A stretch of DNA of 35,169 bases from Nanobdellota archaeon (lineage in GTDB: Archaea; Nanobdellota; Nanobdellia; Woesearchaeales; GW2011-AR9), in the NCBI GenBank assembly GCA_030695685.1, contig JAUYPT010000078.1, forward strand, positions 1 to 35,169, in the 5' to 3' direction. Within the stretch, counting starts at the first letter, position 1. Each line of letters starts with the position of its first letter. This document shows, piece after piece, positions 1 through 8,773 of this stretch. The notes beneath the pieces were generated by a model, which was given only the letters and a program-made list of their open reading frames with translations, searched no databases and was not told the DNA's origin. A program made the position numbers and the translations under genes.

Positions 1-244
1 GTTTTGCGGAAAAGCGTGGTTTGATAACACCACACTTGTTAATGTTACCCAGTAAATTAACTTTAAGCACTCCTCCTTTCTGAGCATCGATCTCTTCAAA
101 AGAGCCAATGTAATTATTTTCATTCATAATTGTGAGTACGCGTTTAATCATAATGGAGGCTGGTTTTACAACTACTTCTCGTTTTCCGACTTTTTCTGCA
201 TTAATTATTTTGGCTAACGTTGCTGCCAAAGGGTCGTTTAACAT
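1..244 (-). CDS. rps8: 30S ribosomal protein uS8 (N-terminal part; gene runs off the window edge)
   Basis: My own translation from ATG at 244-242 gives MLNDPLAATLAKIINAEKVGKREVVVKPASIMIKRVLTIMNENNYIGSFEEIDAQKGGVLKVNLLGNINKCGVIKPRFSAK, typical of uS8. It sits right after uS14, as in archaeal operons. Confidence 0.88.
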   Translation of the reverse strand, partial: MLNDPLAATLAKIINAEKVGKREVVVKPASIMIKRVLTIMNENNYIGSFEEIDAQKGGVLKVNLLGNINKCGVIKPRFSAK

Positions 245-266
245 GATTTTTTTACCTCACATATAT

Positions 267-497
267 TTAACTGAATTTTTTAAAGCCAAGTCCTTGAGCC
301 ATTTCCCTAAAACACTGCCGGCAGATATGCAGGCCATACTTGTTAATGTGGCCCCGTGTTCTTCCGCAATTCTTACATTTTCGTAAGGCAATGCCGCAGG
401 AACGGTCTTTTGGCTGATTAAATTTGATAAATTTTGCTTTCTTGATAGGTTTAGCGTTTAATTGCGTAAACATTTTTCGGTGATCACTGGTAGTCAT
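267..497 (-). CDS. rps14: 30S ribosomal protein uS14 (zinc-binding type)
   Basis: [25 protein letters not shown] contains the CxxC...CxxC zinc motif and the C-terminal uS14 signature. It lies between uL5 and uS8. The N-terminus is somewhat extended. Confidence 0.9.
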   Translation of the reverse strand: MTTSDHRKMFTQLNAKPIKKAKFIKFNQPKDRSCGIALRKCKNCGRTRGHINKYGLHICRQCFREMAQGLGFKKFS

Positions 498-499
498 TC

Positions 500-1012
500 T
501 TATTCAACCTCTACACCTAAATTTTGAACAAAAGTAACAGCATCATCTTTTGTAACTAGATGCGATTTTCCTACTTTTGCAGGTTTTATCTTCCTATTCT
601 TAACTCTGAAACCAGGACGTTCTAATGTCACAGCAGCTTCAAGGCCAATTATTTTTAATTCAGGATCGTATTCTAATCCTTCGATATCAATATATTCCGG
701 TATCCCAAAAGAAAAGTTACCGTGGTTATCAAAATTTCGCAATGATAATTTCTTTCCTTTTGCTACCAAAAGACGTTTTAAGAGAGTTTCCGTATCTTTC
801 CGAACAGTAACTTTACAGCCAATGGTAAGTCCCGGCCGTAATCCCCATCCCGGGATTCTTTTCTTGGTTACTGTTTTAACAGGAGATAACGGCGTCAGTT
901 TTTGTAATAATTTTAATCCTTTCTTCATCAGTTCCTCATCTTTTCCTACGCCTATATTTAACGTGATCTTGGCAATGCGTACATTTCGTATGGATGGAAG
1001 TGTTGCGGTCAT
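500..1012 (-). CDS. rpl5: 50S ribosomal protein uL5
   Basis: 170-aa ORF; KITLNIGVG...[15 protein letters not shown]...GLEAAVT is typical of uL5. Operon position fits. Confidence 0.93.
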   Translation of the reverse strand: MTATLPSIRNVRIAKITLNIGVGKDEELMKKGLKLLQKLTPLSPVKTVTKKRIPGWGLRPGLTIGCKVTVRKDTETLLKRLLVAKGKKLSLRNFDNHGNFSFGIPEYIDIEGLEYDPELKIIGLEAAVTLERPGFRVKNRKIKPAKVGKSHLVTKDDAVTFVQNLGVEVE

Positions 1013-1017
1013 GGTCG

Positions 1018-1728
1018 TTAGTTCCTTTTTGTATGAGCAGTTGAATTGTGAAGTGTAATGATGGGATCTTTTTTGCCGACAACAAAGAGATATGATTTTG
1101 CAGTCTCAATTTCTTTGCCGTTGGCAAGATACAAAGCTTCTTTTCCTTTTATTTCTTGTAGTTTGCCGACATCCCCGCCGTGTTTTCCTTTCGTCAGGAA
1201 AACTGTCGCTCCTGGATCTAACGGCAGAACTTCTTTGAATGCAAGCTGCGGCAGCTCTAAAACAATACTGTCGCCTACTTTTACTTTTTTATCAGTGATA
1301 ATATTTTTACCATCATAAAGATTAAGTTGAATTTTACCTTTTGATAACATTGTTTTACCAATAACTTTAAACGGCTTAAGTGTGCTTTCTGCGGCGGAAA
1401 TTTCAACGAGGATAAGTCTTCCCTGATTATCTAAGACAACACGGTACTGTTTCTTTAATTCAGGGAATGAAAGAACATCAAATAATCCTACCATAAAACG
1501 GTGATCTTTTCTTCTTTTACCATCAACAAGCACTTCTTTATTATTGAGGATTTTACGCACTTCTCCCATCATAGAGGCATGATGAAGAATGTCCCGCAGT
1601 ATAATTCCTAATGACATTCCCGTATCTAAGGAATGAGCGCCTGCGTTAGGCCGAACGATGAAAATGTTCTGCTGCCGGTCCAAAATCCATGTTTTTGGTG
1701 CCGCAATTCTTTTCAGATGATTTTTCAT
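1018..1728 (-). CDS. rps4e: 30S ribosomal protein eS4
   Basis: The N-terminus HLKRIAAPKTW...PNAGAHS and VLVDGKRRKDHRFMVGLFDVLS match the eS4 family. It lies between uL24 and uL5. Confidence 0.93.
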   Translation of the reverse strand: MKNHLKRIAAPKTWILDRQQNIFIVRPNAGAHSLDTGMSLGIILRDILHHASMMGEVRKILNNKEVLVDGKRRKDHRFMVGLFDVLSFPELKKQYRVVLDNQGRLILVEISAAESTLKPFKVIGKTMLSKGKIQLNLYDGKNIITDKKVKVGDSIVLELPQLAFKEVLPLDPGATVFLTKGKHGGDVGKLQEIKGKEALYLANGKEIETAKSYLFVVGKKDPIITLHNSTAHTKRN

Positions 1729-2183
1729 GGGAGATTACCTTTTCCTTGTTTTTTATGGTCCTTAGCTGGTGTAGCAGCCATGGTTTTCTTTTTTGATTCC
1801 AGTTTTTGTTTTCGTAGTTTATCACTTACATCCAACTCTATAATCATTAATTTTGACGGCAGTAAAGGAAACGGCACTTTGGAACCGTCTTTTTTTATAG
1901 TTTCTATCCCATTGACAAAAATGGAATTCCGTTTTAGGAGAACTCGTTCCACTTTTCCTTCTTTCTTCTGATGGGATCCTCGAAGAACCGTAACCTTATC
2001 TCCCTTCCGTACTTGGATATTTCGAAAGCCATATTTCTGCCGTAGTGCCGGCGACAAATGAACATGAACTCTTTTCTGCCGGAGATGGAGTGGAGCATTA
2101 TACCTATACTTACGCTGTTTACGCACTTGTGTACTGCTTTTCCATGCTCTGGAAAAAGTTTTGGGAATTGATTTTAGTATCAT
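1725..2183 (-). CDS. rpl24: 50S ribosomal protein uL24, with Lys-rich C-terminal tail
   Basis: KQRKYRYNAPLHLRQK...VRKGDKVTVLRGSHQKKEGKV is a KOW motif. It overlaps eS4 by 4 nt. Confidence 0.92.
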   Translation of the reverse strand: MILKSIPKTFSRAWKSSTQVRKQRKYRYNAPLHLRQKRVHVHLSPALRQKYGFRNIQVRKGDKVTVLRGSHQKKEGKVERVLLKRNSIFVNGIETIKKDGSKVPFPLLPSKLMIIELDVSDKLRKQKLESKKKTMAATPAKDHKKQGKGNLP

Positions 2184-2199
2184 TTTTATGTATCTACCA

Positions 2200-2601
2200 T
2201 TAAATTATCATTGATGCTAATTTAGCTACTGCCGGCCAACGCTCGGCTACTTCTTTGGCAATTGGACCTTTCAGGAGCGTGCCTTTTGGATTTCCTTTTT
2301 CATCCTTTAAAACAACGGCAGCATTATCCTCAAATTTGATTCTCATGCCATCCGGACGCCTGTATTCTTTTTTCTGGCGGACAATGATGGCAGGAACGAC
2401 TGTTTTTCTCATCTCTAACTTTCCTTTTTTGACGCTCGCTAAAACCAAATCGCCAACACCAGCAGTAGGAATTCTACCGCGGGAAGTTTTGCTTCCTTTA
2501 ACAGCTACTATTTTTAAGATTTTAGCGCCGGAATTATCGCATGTCGCCACATACGCCTGTGAGGGCAATGATTTTATAACGTTACTTTTGAGCGCTTTCA
2601 T
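2200..2601 (-). CDS. rpl14: 50S ribosomal protein uL14
   Basis: 133 aa; ATCDNSGAK...GDLVLASVKKG...IVRQKKEYRRPDG..IKFEDNA is typical of uL14. Confidence 0.95.
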   Translation of the reverse strand: MKALKSNVIKSLPSQAYVATCDNSGAKILKIVAVKGSKTSRGRIPTAGVGDLVLASVKKGKLEMRKTVVPAIIVRQKKEYRRPDGMRIKFEDNAAVVLKDEKGNPKGTLLKGPIAKEVAERWPAVAKLASMII

Positions 2602-3002
2602 CGTACTTTTCCTTCCTCTTTAGCGGCTACCTTCGCCGTTTCTTTCTTTTTGGCTGATTTAGATACTGCTGATTTTTCATCACTGCCAACAACAGCAAGT
2701 ATAACATGATTTTTTGTTTTACTTAATGGACGTGTTCTCGCTGCTAAGACATTATCTCCAATCTCTGCTTCTACACAGGCAGGATTATGGACGTGCATCC
2801 GCGATCTTCTGAGCTCGTATCGTTCATACTTAGGAATATAATAAGGTCTAAACCATTCAATTGTTGCAGAGCGGTTACTATCTTTTTTGATAATCTTTCC
2901 TCTAAACAACTCTTTTTTAACAGAGAGCTGTCCGTGGAAAGGACATTTTTTGTCCGTACAGTCTTTTGTTGGTGCATGCACACCAAATAGTTCTTTATTC
3001 AT
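2598..3002 (-). CDS. rps17: 30S ribosomal protein uS17, with Lys-rich C-terminal tail
   Basis: CTDKKCPFHGQLSVK...RSATIEWFRPYYIPKYERYELRRSRMHVHNP matches archaeal uS17. It overlaps uL14 by 4 nt. Confidence 0.93.
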   Translation of the reverse strand: MNKELFGVHAPTKDCTDKKCPFHGQLSVKKELFRGKIIKKDSNRSATIEWFRPYYIPKYERYELRRSRMHVHNPACVEAEIGDNVLAARTRPLSKTKNHVILAVVGSDEKSAVSKSAKKKETAKVAAKEEGKVR

Positions 3003-3004
3003 TG

Positions 3005-3265
3005 TTATTTTCCTTTAATTCTATCTTCGGAACGCCTGGCAATGGTTTTTCCCTCAACAACCATGCCTGTCCTGGTGATCTTTAACGTCACATTTTGTTT
3101 CAGGATCATTTTATGATTCCCATGATCATCAATGGTCAATGTGTTTTTCGTTTCATCAACAATTTTTCCGGTGAGACCAATCTCACTTTTGTTGGTGGAA
3201 TGTACAATGGAAACTTCTTCCCCGATTAACTCATCAGGAAAACTTGCCATTGAAACCATTTTCAT
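3005..3265 (-). CDS. rnp1: RNase P protein component 1 (Rpp29/Pop4 homologue)
   Basis: 86 aa; LIGEEVSIVHSTNKSEIGLTGKIVDETKNTLTI is the Rpp29 Sm-like core. It occupies the canonical archaeal slot between SUI1 and uS17. Confidence 0.85.
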   Translation of the reverse strand: MKMVSMASFPDELIGEEVSIVHSTNKSEIGLTGKIVDETKNTLTIDDHGNHKMILKQNVTLKITRTGMVVEGKTIARRSEDRIKGK

Positions 3266-3296
3266 TACTCCAGCAAAATCATGCGGTCTTGCTGAT

Positions 3297-3602
3297 TTAG
3301 ACTACCTCAATAGTCTCTTCCGGGAAACCCAAATCGACAAGGACACCTTTTATCCTTGATTTATGGTCCCCCTGCAACTCAATTTGACCATTTTTAGCCG
3401 TACCGCCGCAGGCAAATTTCGATTTTAATTTTCGAACAATTTCATCGATGTTTGCTTCTTTATTGATACCGACTATGATTGTATATTTTTTGCCAAACTT
3501 TCTTTTTTCAATTTTAGCGGTGATTTTTTGCTGTTCGCGAGCAATTGTTTCGCAAACACACAAATCTTGAGGTAATCCACACTGGTTACAAACGTTAACC
3601 AT
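3297..3602 (-). CDS. sui1: Translation initiation factor SUI1 (aIF1/eIF1 family)
   Basis: N-terminal CxxC..CxC, then KRKFGKKYTIIVGI...KLKSKFACGGTAKNGQIELQGDH, typical of SUI1. It occupies the canonical slot after uL29. Confidence 0.9.
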   Translation of the reverse strand: MVNVCNQCGLPQDLCVCETIAREQQKITAKIEKRKFGKKYTIIVGINKEANIDEIVRKLKSKFACGGTAKNGQIELQGDHKSRIKGVLVDLGFPEETIEVV

Positions 3603-3607
3603 TCTTC

Positions 3608-3811
3608 TTACATCAACACCTCTTTTTTCTCTTGAAGCAGTGTTAAAACCCGGGCTATATTCTTTTTTGTCTGCTTTAATTTTCCCGAATTGGCAGTATT
3701 AGCACCGCTGGCTACTTGCACATTTAATTTAAGTAGTTCCTTTTTAAATTCTCCCAATCTTTCCTGCAGAACTTCCTGTGATAAGGATCGAAAATTTTTG
3801 ATAGTTTTCAT
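3608..3811 (-). CDS. rpl29: 50S ribosomal protein uL29
   Basis: 67 aa; LRSLSQEVLQERLGEFKKELLKLNVQ matches the uL29 helical hairpin. Confidence 0.92.
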   Translation of the reverse strand: MKTIKNFRSLSQEVLQERLGEFKKELLKLNVQVASGANTANSGKLKQTKKNIARVLTLLQEKKEVLM

Positions 3812-3813
3812 GG

Positions 3814-4665
3814 TTACTCTTTATCCTCACTGTTTTGATCAGCTTTGTTGGCATCACTTGTAATGGCATCGCCTATAGCATCGACAACCGAGATGATTTC
3901 TTCCGCAACAGCTTCGTTCTTGGGGGAAGTAATTTCTTGTGAACCACTTTCTCCTGTTTTTTCCTTGTCGCTTTTAACCATTTTTTTCCGGGATGCTGAT
4001 TTTTTCTTTGCCGTTGTTTTTTTAGCCGGTTCTTCTTTTTCAGATATGACTTCTACTGTTTGAACAGGCTCATCAAGTACTTCAATAAGATCAGGCAATT
4101 GTAAATGAGGTGGCATAATAGATACTTTTACCCCAATAATTCCACTTTTTAAAAGTGCACTTTTTTGTGCTTTAAGAACGCCGGAAACAGCAATGTCTCC
4201 GCATTTCTTAAGATACCCTTGAAAGAAACGCCAGCTCTTTGCACGCGCACCAGGAATTTTTCCAGAGATAATTACCTCGATTCCCAAAGCACCGGCATTA
4301 AGAACATTCTCCATAATTTTATGGCCAATACTCTTAAACCGAACAGAACCGAACCTTTCCAGAGAACTGACAATGCGGTCAGCAACAAGATTGGCATCCA
4401 AAAAAATGTCTTTTACTTCATTAATTTCAATTTGAGGATTTTCTAATTTAAAGTCGGATTTTAACGTTCGGGTAAGCTCTTTAATATTAGCGCCTTTAGA
4501 CCCGACGATAAGGCTCGGCCGTCCTGCAGAAATGATTATTTTCTCTCCAAGAGGGATCTTCTTCAGCGTTACGTGGGAAATGCCAGCTCCTTTGAGTTTA
4601 TTTTCTATATATTTCTTAATGTAATACTCTTTCGTTTTCTGGACTATAAATTCCCGTTCAATCAT
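3814..4665 (-). CDS. rps3: 30S ribosomal protein uS3, with about 75-aa low-complexity K/E/S-rich C-terminal extension
   Basis: KH-domain region GRPSLIVGSKGANIKELT and the C-terminal domain GIEVIISGKIPGARAK match uS3. The tail is EKEEPAKKTTAKKKSASRKK... Confidence 0.94.
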   Translation of the reverse strand: MIEREFIVQKTKEYYIKKYIENKLKGAGISHVTLKKIPLGEKIIISAGRPSLIVGSKGANIKELTRTLKSDFKLENPQIEINEVKDIFLDANLVADRIVSSLERFGSVRFKSIGHKIMENVLNAGALGIEVIISGKIPGARAKSWRFFQGYLKKCGDIAVSGVLKAQKSALLKSGIIGVKVSIMPPHLQLPDLIEVLDEPVQTVEVISEKEEPAKKTTAKKKSASRKKMVKSDKEKTGESGSQEITSPKNEAVAEEIISVVDAIGDAITSDANKADQNSEDKE

Positions 4666-5183
4666 GATTGTGCCTCATTCTGTTTTTTATCCGCTGCCGG
4701 CAATGTTTTTTTTCTCGCCTTCTTTGAGGCCGTAGATTTTGCAGAATTTTGTTCCGTCAACGCTTCCATAACCATCACTTCTAAGTGTGTCCGTTTTGTT
4801 CCGTGCCGGATCCTGCCACCAGTTAATGGAATGCTCGCTTTATTGGCGAGAAGTTTTACGATCTTAAGATTGGTCGTATTCAACCCTTTGGCATGAGCGT
4901 TGGCTTCTACGGATTTAATTAAACGCAAAAATTCCCGAGCCGCTTTCTGAGGATAACGTCCTGCCGCCATACCTGCTTTATGGCCCATATCTTGAGTAAA
5001 CCTTGTGAATGGAACTGCTTTCCGCAGCAAGGCTACTTCACCTAAAAATTTCTTGGCAAAGGTCGTATTTTTATAGCGCAGATAACGGCTAATTTCAATG
5101 CTCTGCTTCGTTGAAATAGGAAGATTAGTCATTTTCGCAGATGCGCGATGTTCCGTTCCTATCGTATTTTTTGTCGTTGCCAT
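4662..5183 (-). CDS. rpl22: 50S ribosomal protein uL22
   Basis: ASAKMTNLPISTKQSIEISRYLRYK...GRYPQKAAREFLRLIKSVEANA is uL22. I prefer the start at MATTKN (5183) because the 5237 start would overlap the uS19 3' end by 44 nt. Confidence 0.9.
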   Translation of the reverse strand: MATTKNTIGTEHRASAKMTNLPISTKQSIEISRYLRYKNTTFAKKFLGEVALLRKAVPFTRFTQDMGHKAGMAAGRYPQKAAREFLRLIKSVEANAHAKGLNTTNLKIVKLLANKASIPLTGGRIRHGTKRTHLEVMVMEALTEQNSAKSTASKKARKKTLPAADKKQNEAQS

Positions 5184-5193
5184 TGTTCTAATT

Positions 5194-5577
5194 TTATCGT
5201 GCAGAGACTGCCCTGCTTGACCTCGTTGCGCCAACACCGGCAGAACTGTGCGTTACAAACTTGCGGGTATGGGAAAATTCACCTAAATAATGGCCAAGCA
5301 TTTCTGCTGTTACCGTAACAGGAACAAACTCCTTCCCATTATAGACACGAATTAACTTGCCCAGCATCAAAGGAATAATAATCATATCCCGGCAATGAGT
5401 TTTAACATTATTATCACCGGTTTCTAATCGTTTAATAAGACTCTTCTGGTATTCTGTAAAACCGCGTTGTAATGATCGCCGCTGACGAGCGGGCACTAAA
5501 GCAGTAAACTCGCGTAACCCCAGCTGCTTAAGGTCATCTTCTGTCTTTCCCCGCCACATAAATTGTTTTATTGCCAT
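5194..5577 (-). CDS. rps19: 30S ribosomal protein uS19
   Basis: RRSLQRGF...KTHCRDMIIIPLMLGKLIRVYNGKEFVPVTVTAEMLGHYLGEFSHTRK is typical of uS19. Confidence 0.95.
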   Translation of the reverse strand: MAIKQFMWRGKTEDDLKQLGLREFTALVPARQRRSLQRGFTEYQKSLIKRLETGDNNVKTHCRDMIIIPLMLGKLIRVYNGKEFVPVTVTAEMLGHYLGEFSHTRKFVTHSSAGVGATRSSRAVSAR

Positions 5578-5584
5578 TGTTTAC

Positions 5585-6289
5585 TTACCTTCTCCTTCCT
5601 GTCCTGCGTGGTGCAATCTTCCCTACTTTCCTTCCCGGAGGAGCATTACGCGGCGATTGTGTTGGTCTTCCTTTAATGTGGGAACATTTTCCACCAAAAG
5701 GATGGTCAACTGCGTTCATAGAGATACCACAGACGTGAGGATATAATTTATTACGAGCTCTCATTTTTTTATACTTTGTCCCTGCTTTAAGAAAGGGCTT
5801 GTCTAACCTGCCGCTTCCTGCAACGATGCCTAAGGATGCTTTACATGTTGGCAGGAAAATTTTTTCCTTTTTTGAGGGTAAAACGACGCGGACAATGTCT
5901 TCGCTTTTGGCTACAACTTTCGCAAAAGAACCAGAGGCACGTACTAGTTTACCGCCGTCACCAGGATGAATTTCAATATTATGGATTAAAGACCCTTCGG
6001 GAATTTCACTGAGCGGAAGAACGTTTCCATTTTTAATTTCAGCGCCTTTCCCAACCGTGATCAGATCGCCAACTTTTACCCCTTCCGGAGCAAACGTAAG
6101 ATTATGAGCACCTGTAAGATATGATACCTCCATTAACGGAGCTGTATGGCCGGCACAGTGGATTATATCGGTAATCTGGCCTTTTGTATCTAATGGATAA
6201 TGTTTTGCTTCTCCCTTAAAGCGGAAGCTAGGAGAAGTATAGGTTTTTGTTCCCCGTCCCCGCCGTTGTTGTATCAGTCGTTTACCCAT
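5585..6289 (-). CDS. rpl2: 50S ribosomal protein uL2
   Basis: GHTAPLM...IHNIEIHPGDGGKLVRASGSFA...GISMNAVDHPFGGK match uL2 signatures. Confidence 0.96.
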   Translation of the reverse strand: MGKRLIQQRRGRGTKTYTSPSFRFKGEAKHYPLDTKGQITDIIHCAGHTAPLMEVSYLTGAHNLTFAPEGVKVGDLITVGKGAEIKNGNVLPLSEIPEGSLIHNIEIHPGDGGKLVRASGSFAKVVAKSEDIVRVVLPSKKEKIFLPTCKASLGIVAGSGRLDKPFLKAGTKYKKMRARNKLYPHVCGISMNAVDHPFGGKCSHIKGRPTQSPRNAPPGRKVGKIAPRRTGRRR

Positions 6290-6650
6290 GGTATAAACCT
6301 GCTTGTTGGAGTAATTTTAATTCCGTTTTCAAGCACTCTCTTCTTTCTGGCGTATCTATTTCATAATATCCCTGGCCCTCATCTTCATCTAAGCCATCCA
6401 CAACTAAATCTCCTGTTTGATCAAAAGAAATATTTTCATTATGTATCACTTCTCTTACAATAGCAGTCATTCTATCATCGTGATCGATGCTCAGAAAAAT
6501 TCTCCTTTCTCCAACTCTACCTTCATAAACTGCAAGATAAGCACCATCATAGTATTCGGAACCATAGTCTAACTTCACCCTATCACCAGCCACAAGGCTA
6601 TCTAAGTCTACGTAGGTATATACTCGTTTTGTTGCTGGTATATTTGCCAT
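6282..6650 (-). CDS. Hypothetical acidic protein inserted between uL23 and uL2 (no family recognised)
   Basis: A 122-aa ORF fills the entire 362-nt uL23-uL2 gap on the operon strand. Its ATG lies 1 nt after the uL23 stop and its stop overlaps the uL2 start by 8 nt. The sequence resembles no ribosomal protein I know. Confidence 0.65.
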   Translation of the reverse strand: MANIPATKRVYTYVDLDSLVAGDRVKLDYGSEYYDGAYLAVYEGRVGERRIFLSIDHDDRMTAIVREVIHNENISFDQTGDLVVDGLDEDEGQGYYEIDTPERRECLKTELKLLQQAGLYHG

Positions 6651-6651
6651 C

Positions 6652-6990
6652 TTAAATCAATCCTAAATCAGCACTGACATCGGACGCCAAACTGTCCGGC
6701 CCTAATTGAACATAGGCTATCTTTCTGCCGCTGAAGGAATTTTGAATATTAACACCGGTTACTTTTACCTTAAAGAGTTCTTCCACTGCCCGCTTGACAT
6801 CAGATTTTGTTGACTGTGGATTGACAGAAAAGACGAGCTTGTTCTCAAACTCAATCTGCCGGATGCTTTTTTCCGTCGATAAAGGAAATTGAATCACGTT
6901 ATAAGGATCAAAAGATACTGCTGGTGTTACAACACTCTTTTCATCTCTCTTGTTGAGTGCATTTTTTGTGGTTTTTCTTTTGGCTGCCAT
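6652..6990 (-). CDS. rpl23: 50S ribosomal protein uL23 (Lys-rich N-terminal extension)
   Basis: IQFPLSTEKSIRQIEFENKLVFSVNPQSTKSDVKRAVEELFKVKVTGVN is the uL23 core. Confidence 0.93.
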   Translation of the reverse strand: MAAKRKTTKNALNKRDEKSVVTPAVSFDPYNVIQFPLSTEKSIRQIEFENKLVFSVNPQSTKSDVKRAVEELFKVKVTGVNIQNSFSGRKIAYVQLGPDSLASDVSADLGLI

Positions 6991-7796
6991 TAGACAAATA
7001 ATTTTTTCTCCTTGATGCTATTAATTGCGTTTTCTGTCCATAACGTCGCTCTTCCCGGCATTGTTCCAGGCGCTAACAGCGCCGTGTTCAATGACGATGC
7101 AGGAACAACATCAACGCCAGGGATATTACGGGCTGATTTTATTAATGGGCAATCTGCCCCAACAACAATCAGGACTCCTTTCTTCTTTTGATATTTTCTG
7201 CCACGTACTTTACCCATACCGGCACGAACTTTTTTAACAGAAGACCGCTGCAGTTCATCTTCAAATCCTAATTCTATCAATACTTTTCGTGTCTCTGCAG
7301 TTTTATCCATTTTTTCGAATGCTGAATCAATGATAAAAGGATATTCTGCAGGAACTTTATGCCCTCTTTTTTCGACAATATTTTTATTGAGGACAGCACC
7401 GATAGCGGAACGAATTGCTTTTTGATTTTCTTTTTTGTTGATTTTTTGTGTCAGAATTTTTGTTGCTTTTGGAGGATGAGAACGATGCCCGCCGACAGTC
7501 TGCGGTGAAAACGCACCAACCCAGAACATGCGCATTCCCCGTCGTGATAAAACTTTTCGGTTAACTCTACTTACTCCAAAACCATAACAGCCGCGATAGT
7601 TCCGCCGCCGCTTGCTTACTTTAGAAGAATGACGCAGACCAGCACCGGGACTAGCTCCGTACCGCTGCCGTGCAGCACTCTGCAAGGCGTGGACTGCCCG
7701 CTTAATCAGGTCAGGGCGGAATTCTTCCGAAAATTGGACAGGAAGCTCTTTATCTCCCGCTTTTTTCTTTTTGAGGTCAAATATTGCAATCTTCAT
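6990..7796 (-). CDS. rpl4: 50S ribosomal protein uL4
   Basis: RPDLIKRAV...RQRYGASPGAGLRHS...FSPQTVGGHRSHPPK matches archaeal uL4 (L1e). Confidence 0.94.
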   Translation of the reverse strand: MKIAIFDLKKKKAGDKELPVQFSEEFRPDLIKRAVHALQSAARQRYGASPGAGLRHSSKVSKRRRNYRGCYGFGVSRVNRKVLSRRGMRMFWVGAFSPQTVGGHRSHPPKATKILTQKINKKENQKAIRSAIGAVLNKNIVEKRGHKVPAEYPFIIDSAFEKMDKTAETRKVLIELGFEDELQRSSVKKVRAGMGKVRGRKYQKKKGVLIVVGADCPLIKSARNIPGVDVVPASSLNTALLAPGTMPGRATLWTENAINSIKEKKLFV

Positions 7797-7804
7797 GAGT
7801 GTTT

Positions 7805-8773
7805 TTAGTGCTGAACCGACAGATGAGTAATCTGCGGCGCCTCCTTAATTAGTTTTTTGTTCGGCCGAATTGCCTGTGTTAATAATACTGCCCTTTTCTT
7901 AGGGCCAATAACAGATCCTTTGATCAGAACATAGGTATTTTTAATGAGGCCATAATGATTAAAACCAGATTTAGGAGTGATATCGCTGCTATCATTTCCT
8001 ATTTTAAGAAGTTGTTTATTATATTCCGTCCGTAAGTGGTATCCCATCTTACCGGATTGAGGAACGCTAAAACGAACACGGTTTGGATGCCATGGTCCAA
8101 GAGTCCCAATACCACGCTTCACTTTTTCTGCCTTATGCTGCCGTATATGTGCACCAAACCTTTTGATTGTTCCTTGGAAACCTTTTCCGATGCTGACACC
8201 ATGAACATCAAGTTGGTTGCCATTCTCAAAAACATCTTTAACCTCAATTTCTTTACCAAGAACATTTTTAGCATAACTCATTTTCTCGTCTTTAGAACCG
8301 CCAATTGTAATTTCCATTAATTTTGGTCTCTTTGTGCCAACAGACGTTAATTTTGGATTAGATTGAACAAGCAAGCGGAGGTCATCAAAATCGGTAATTG
8401 CATCCAGTGTTTTCTTATTTTTCTTTGGCAATTGAATTTTACGGCCAAGCTCTTTTGTTACATTTGCGGCCCAGATAGAAGAAATTTTACGAACCCCATA
8501 GATTGATTTTTTATAGAAGGCGAGACCATATACTGTCATCGGCGGACAGTCAATAATTGTTGCCGGGAAAAAAATCTCTTCCCCCTTCGTCAATGATCGC
8601 GGCCGGTTATCAAGAATATGAAGATGCGTCATCCCTGCTTTATAGCCAATAAAGCCAAGCGGTTTTACTTTGCTTTCATTTGCCCAAGAGCGTACTCTAG
8701 CTAAAGAATGTTTCGACCTTTTTCGAGGCCAGTACTGCAAGCTCCCTAAACGGGGATGATTTATTTTAGGCAT
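7805..8773 (-). CDS. rpl3: 50S ribosomal protein uL3
   Basis: HPRLGSLQYWPRKRS...GFIGYKAGMTH...GKGFQGTIKRFG...GTLGPWHP match uL3. It is the first gene of the operon. Confidence 0.96.
   Translation of the reverse strand: MPKINHPRLGSLQYWPRKRSKHSLARVRSWANESKVKPLGFIGYKAGMTHLHILDNRPRSLTKGEEIFFPATIIDCPPMTVYGLAFYKKSIYGVRKISSIWAANVTKELGRKIQLPKKNKKTLDAITDFDDLRLLVQSNPKLTSVGTKRPKLMEITIGGSKDEKMSYAKNVLGKEIEVKDVFENGNQLDVHGVSIGKGFQGTIKRFGAHIRQHKAEKVKRGIGTLGPWHPNRVRFSVPQSGKMGYHLRTEYNKQLLKIGNDSSDITPKSGFNHYGLIKNTYVLIKGSVIGPKKRAVLLTQAIRPNKKLIKEAPQITHLSVQH

Noticed and set aside
5184-5237. Longer N-terminus for uL22 (start at 5237).
   Set aside because: It would overlap the uS19 3' end by 44 nt. The MATTKN start at 5183 gives a normal uL22 N-terminus and a 10-nt spacer.
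132-8320. Numerous plus-strand ORFs of 60-120 aa in the track across the ribosomal-protein operon (e.g. 132-386, 625-810, 822-1058, 1058-1318, 1633-1971, 2255-2623, 3845-4063, 4573-4896, 6200-6463, 8036-8320).
   Set aside because: All lie antisense to, or out of frame with, confidently identified ribosomal-protein genes. Their translations are low-complexity and Phe/Leu/Ser-rich, typical of shadow ORFs.
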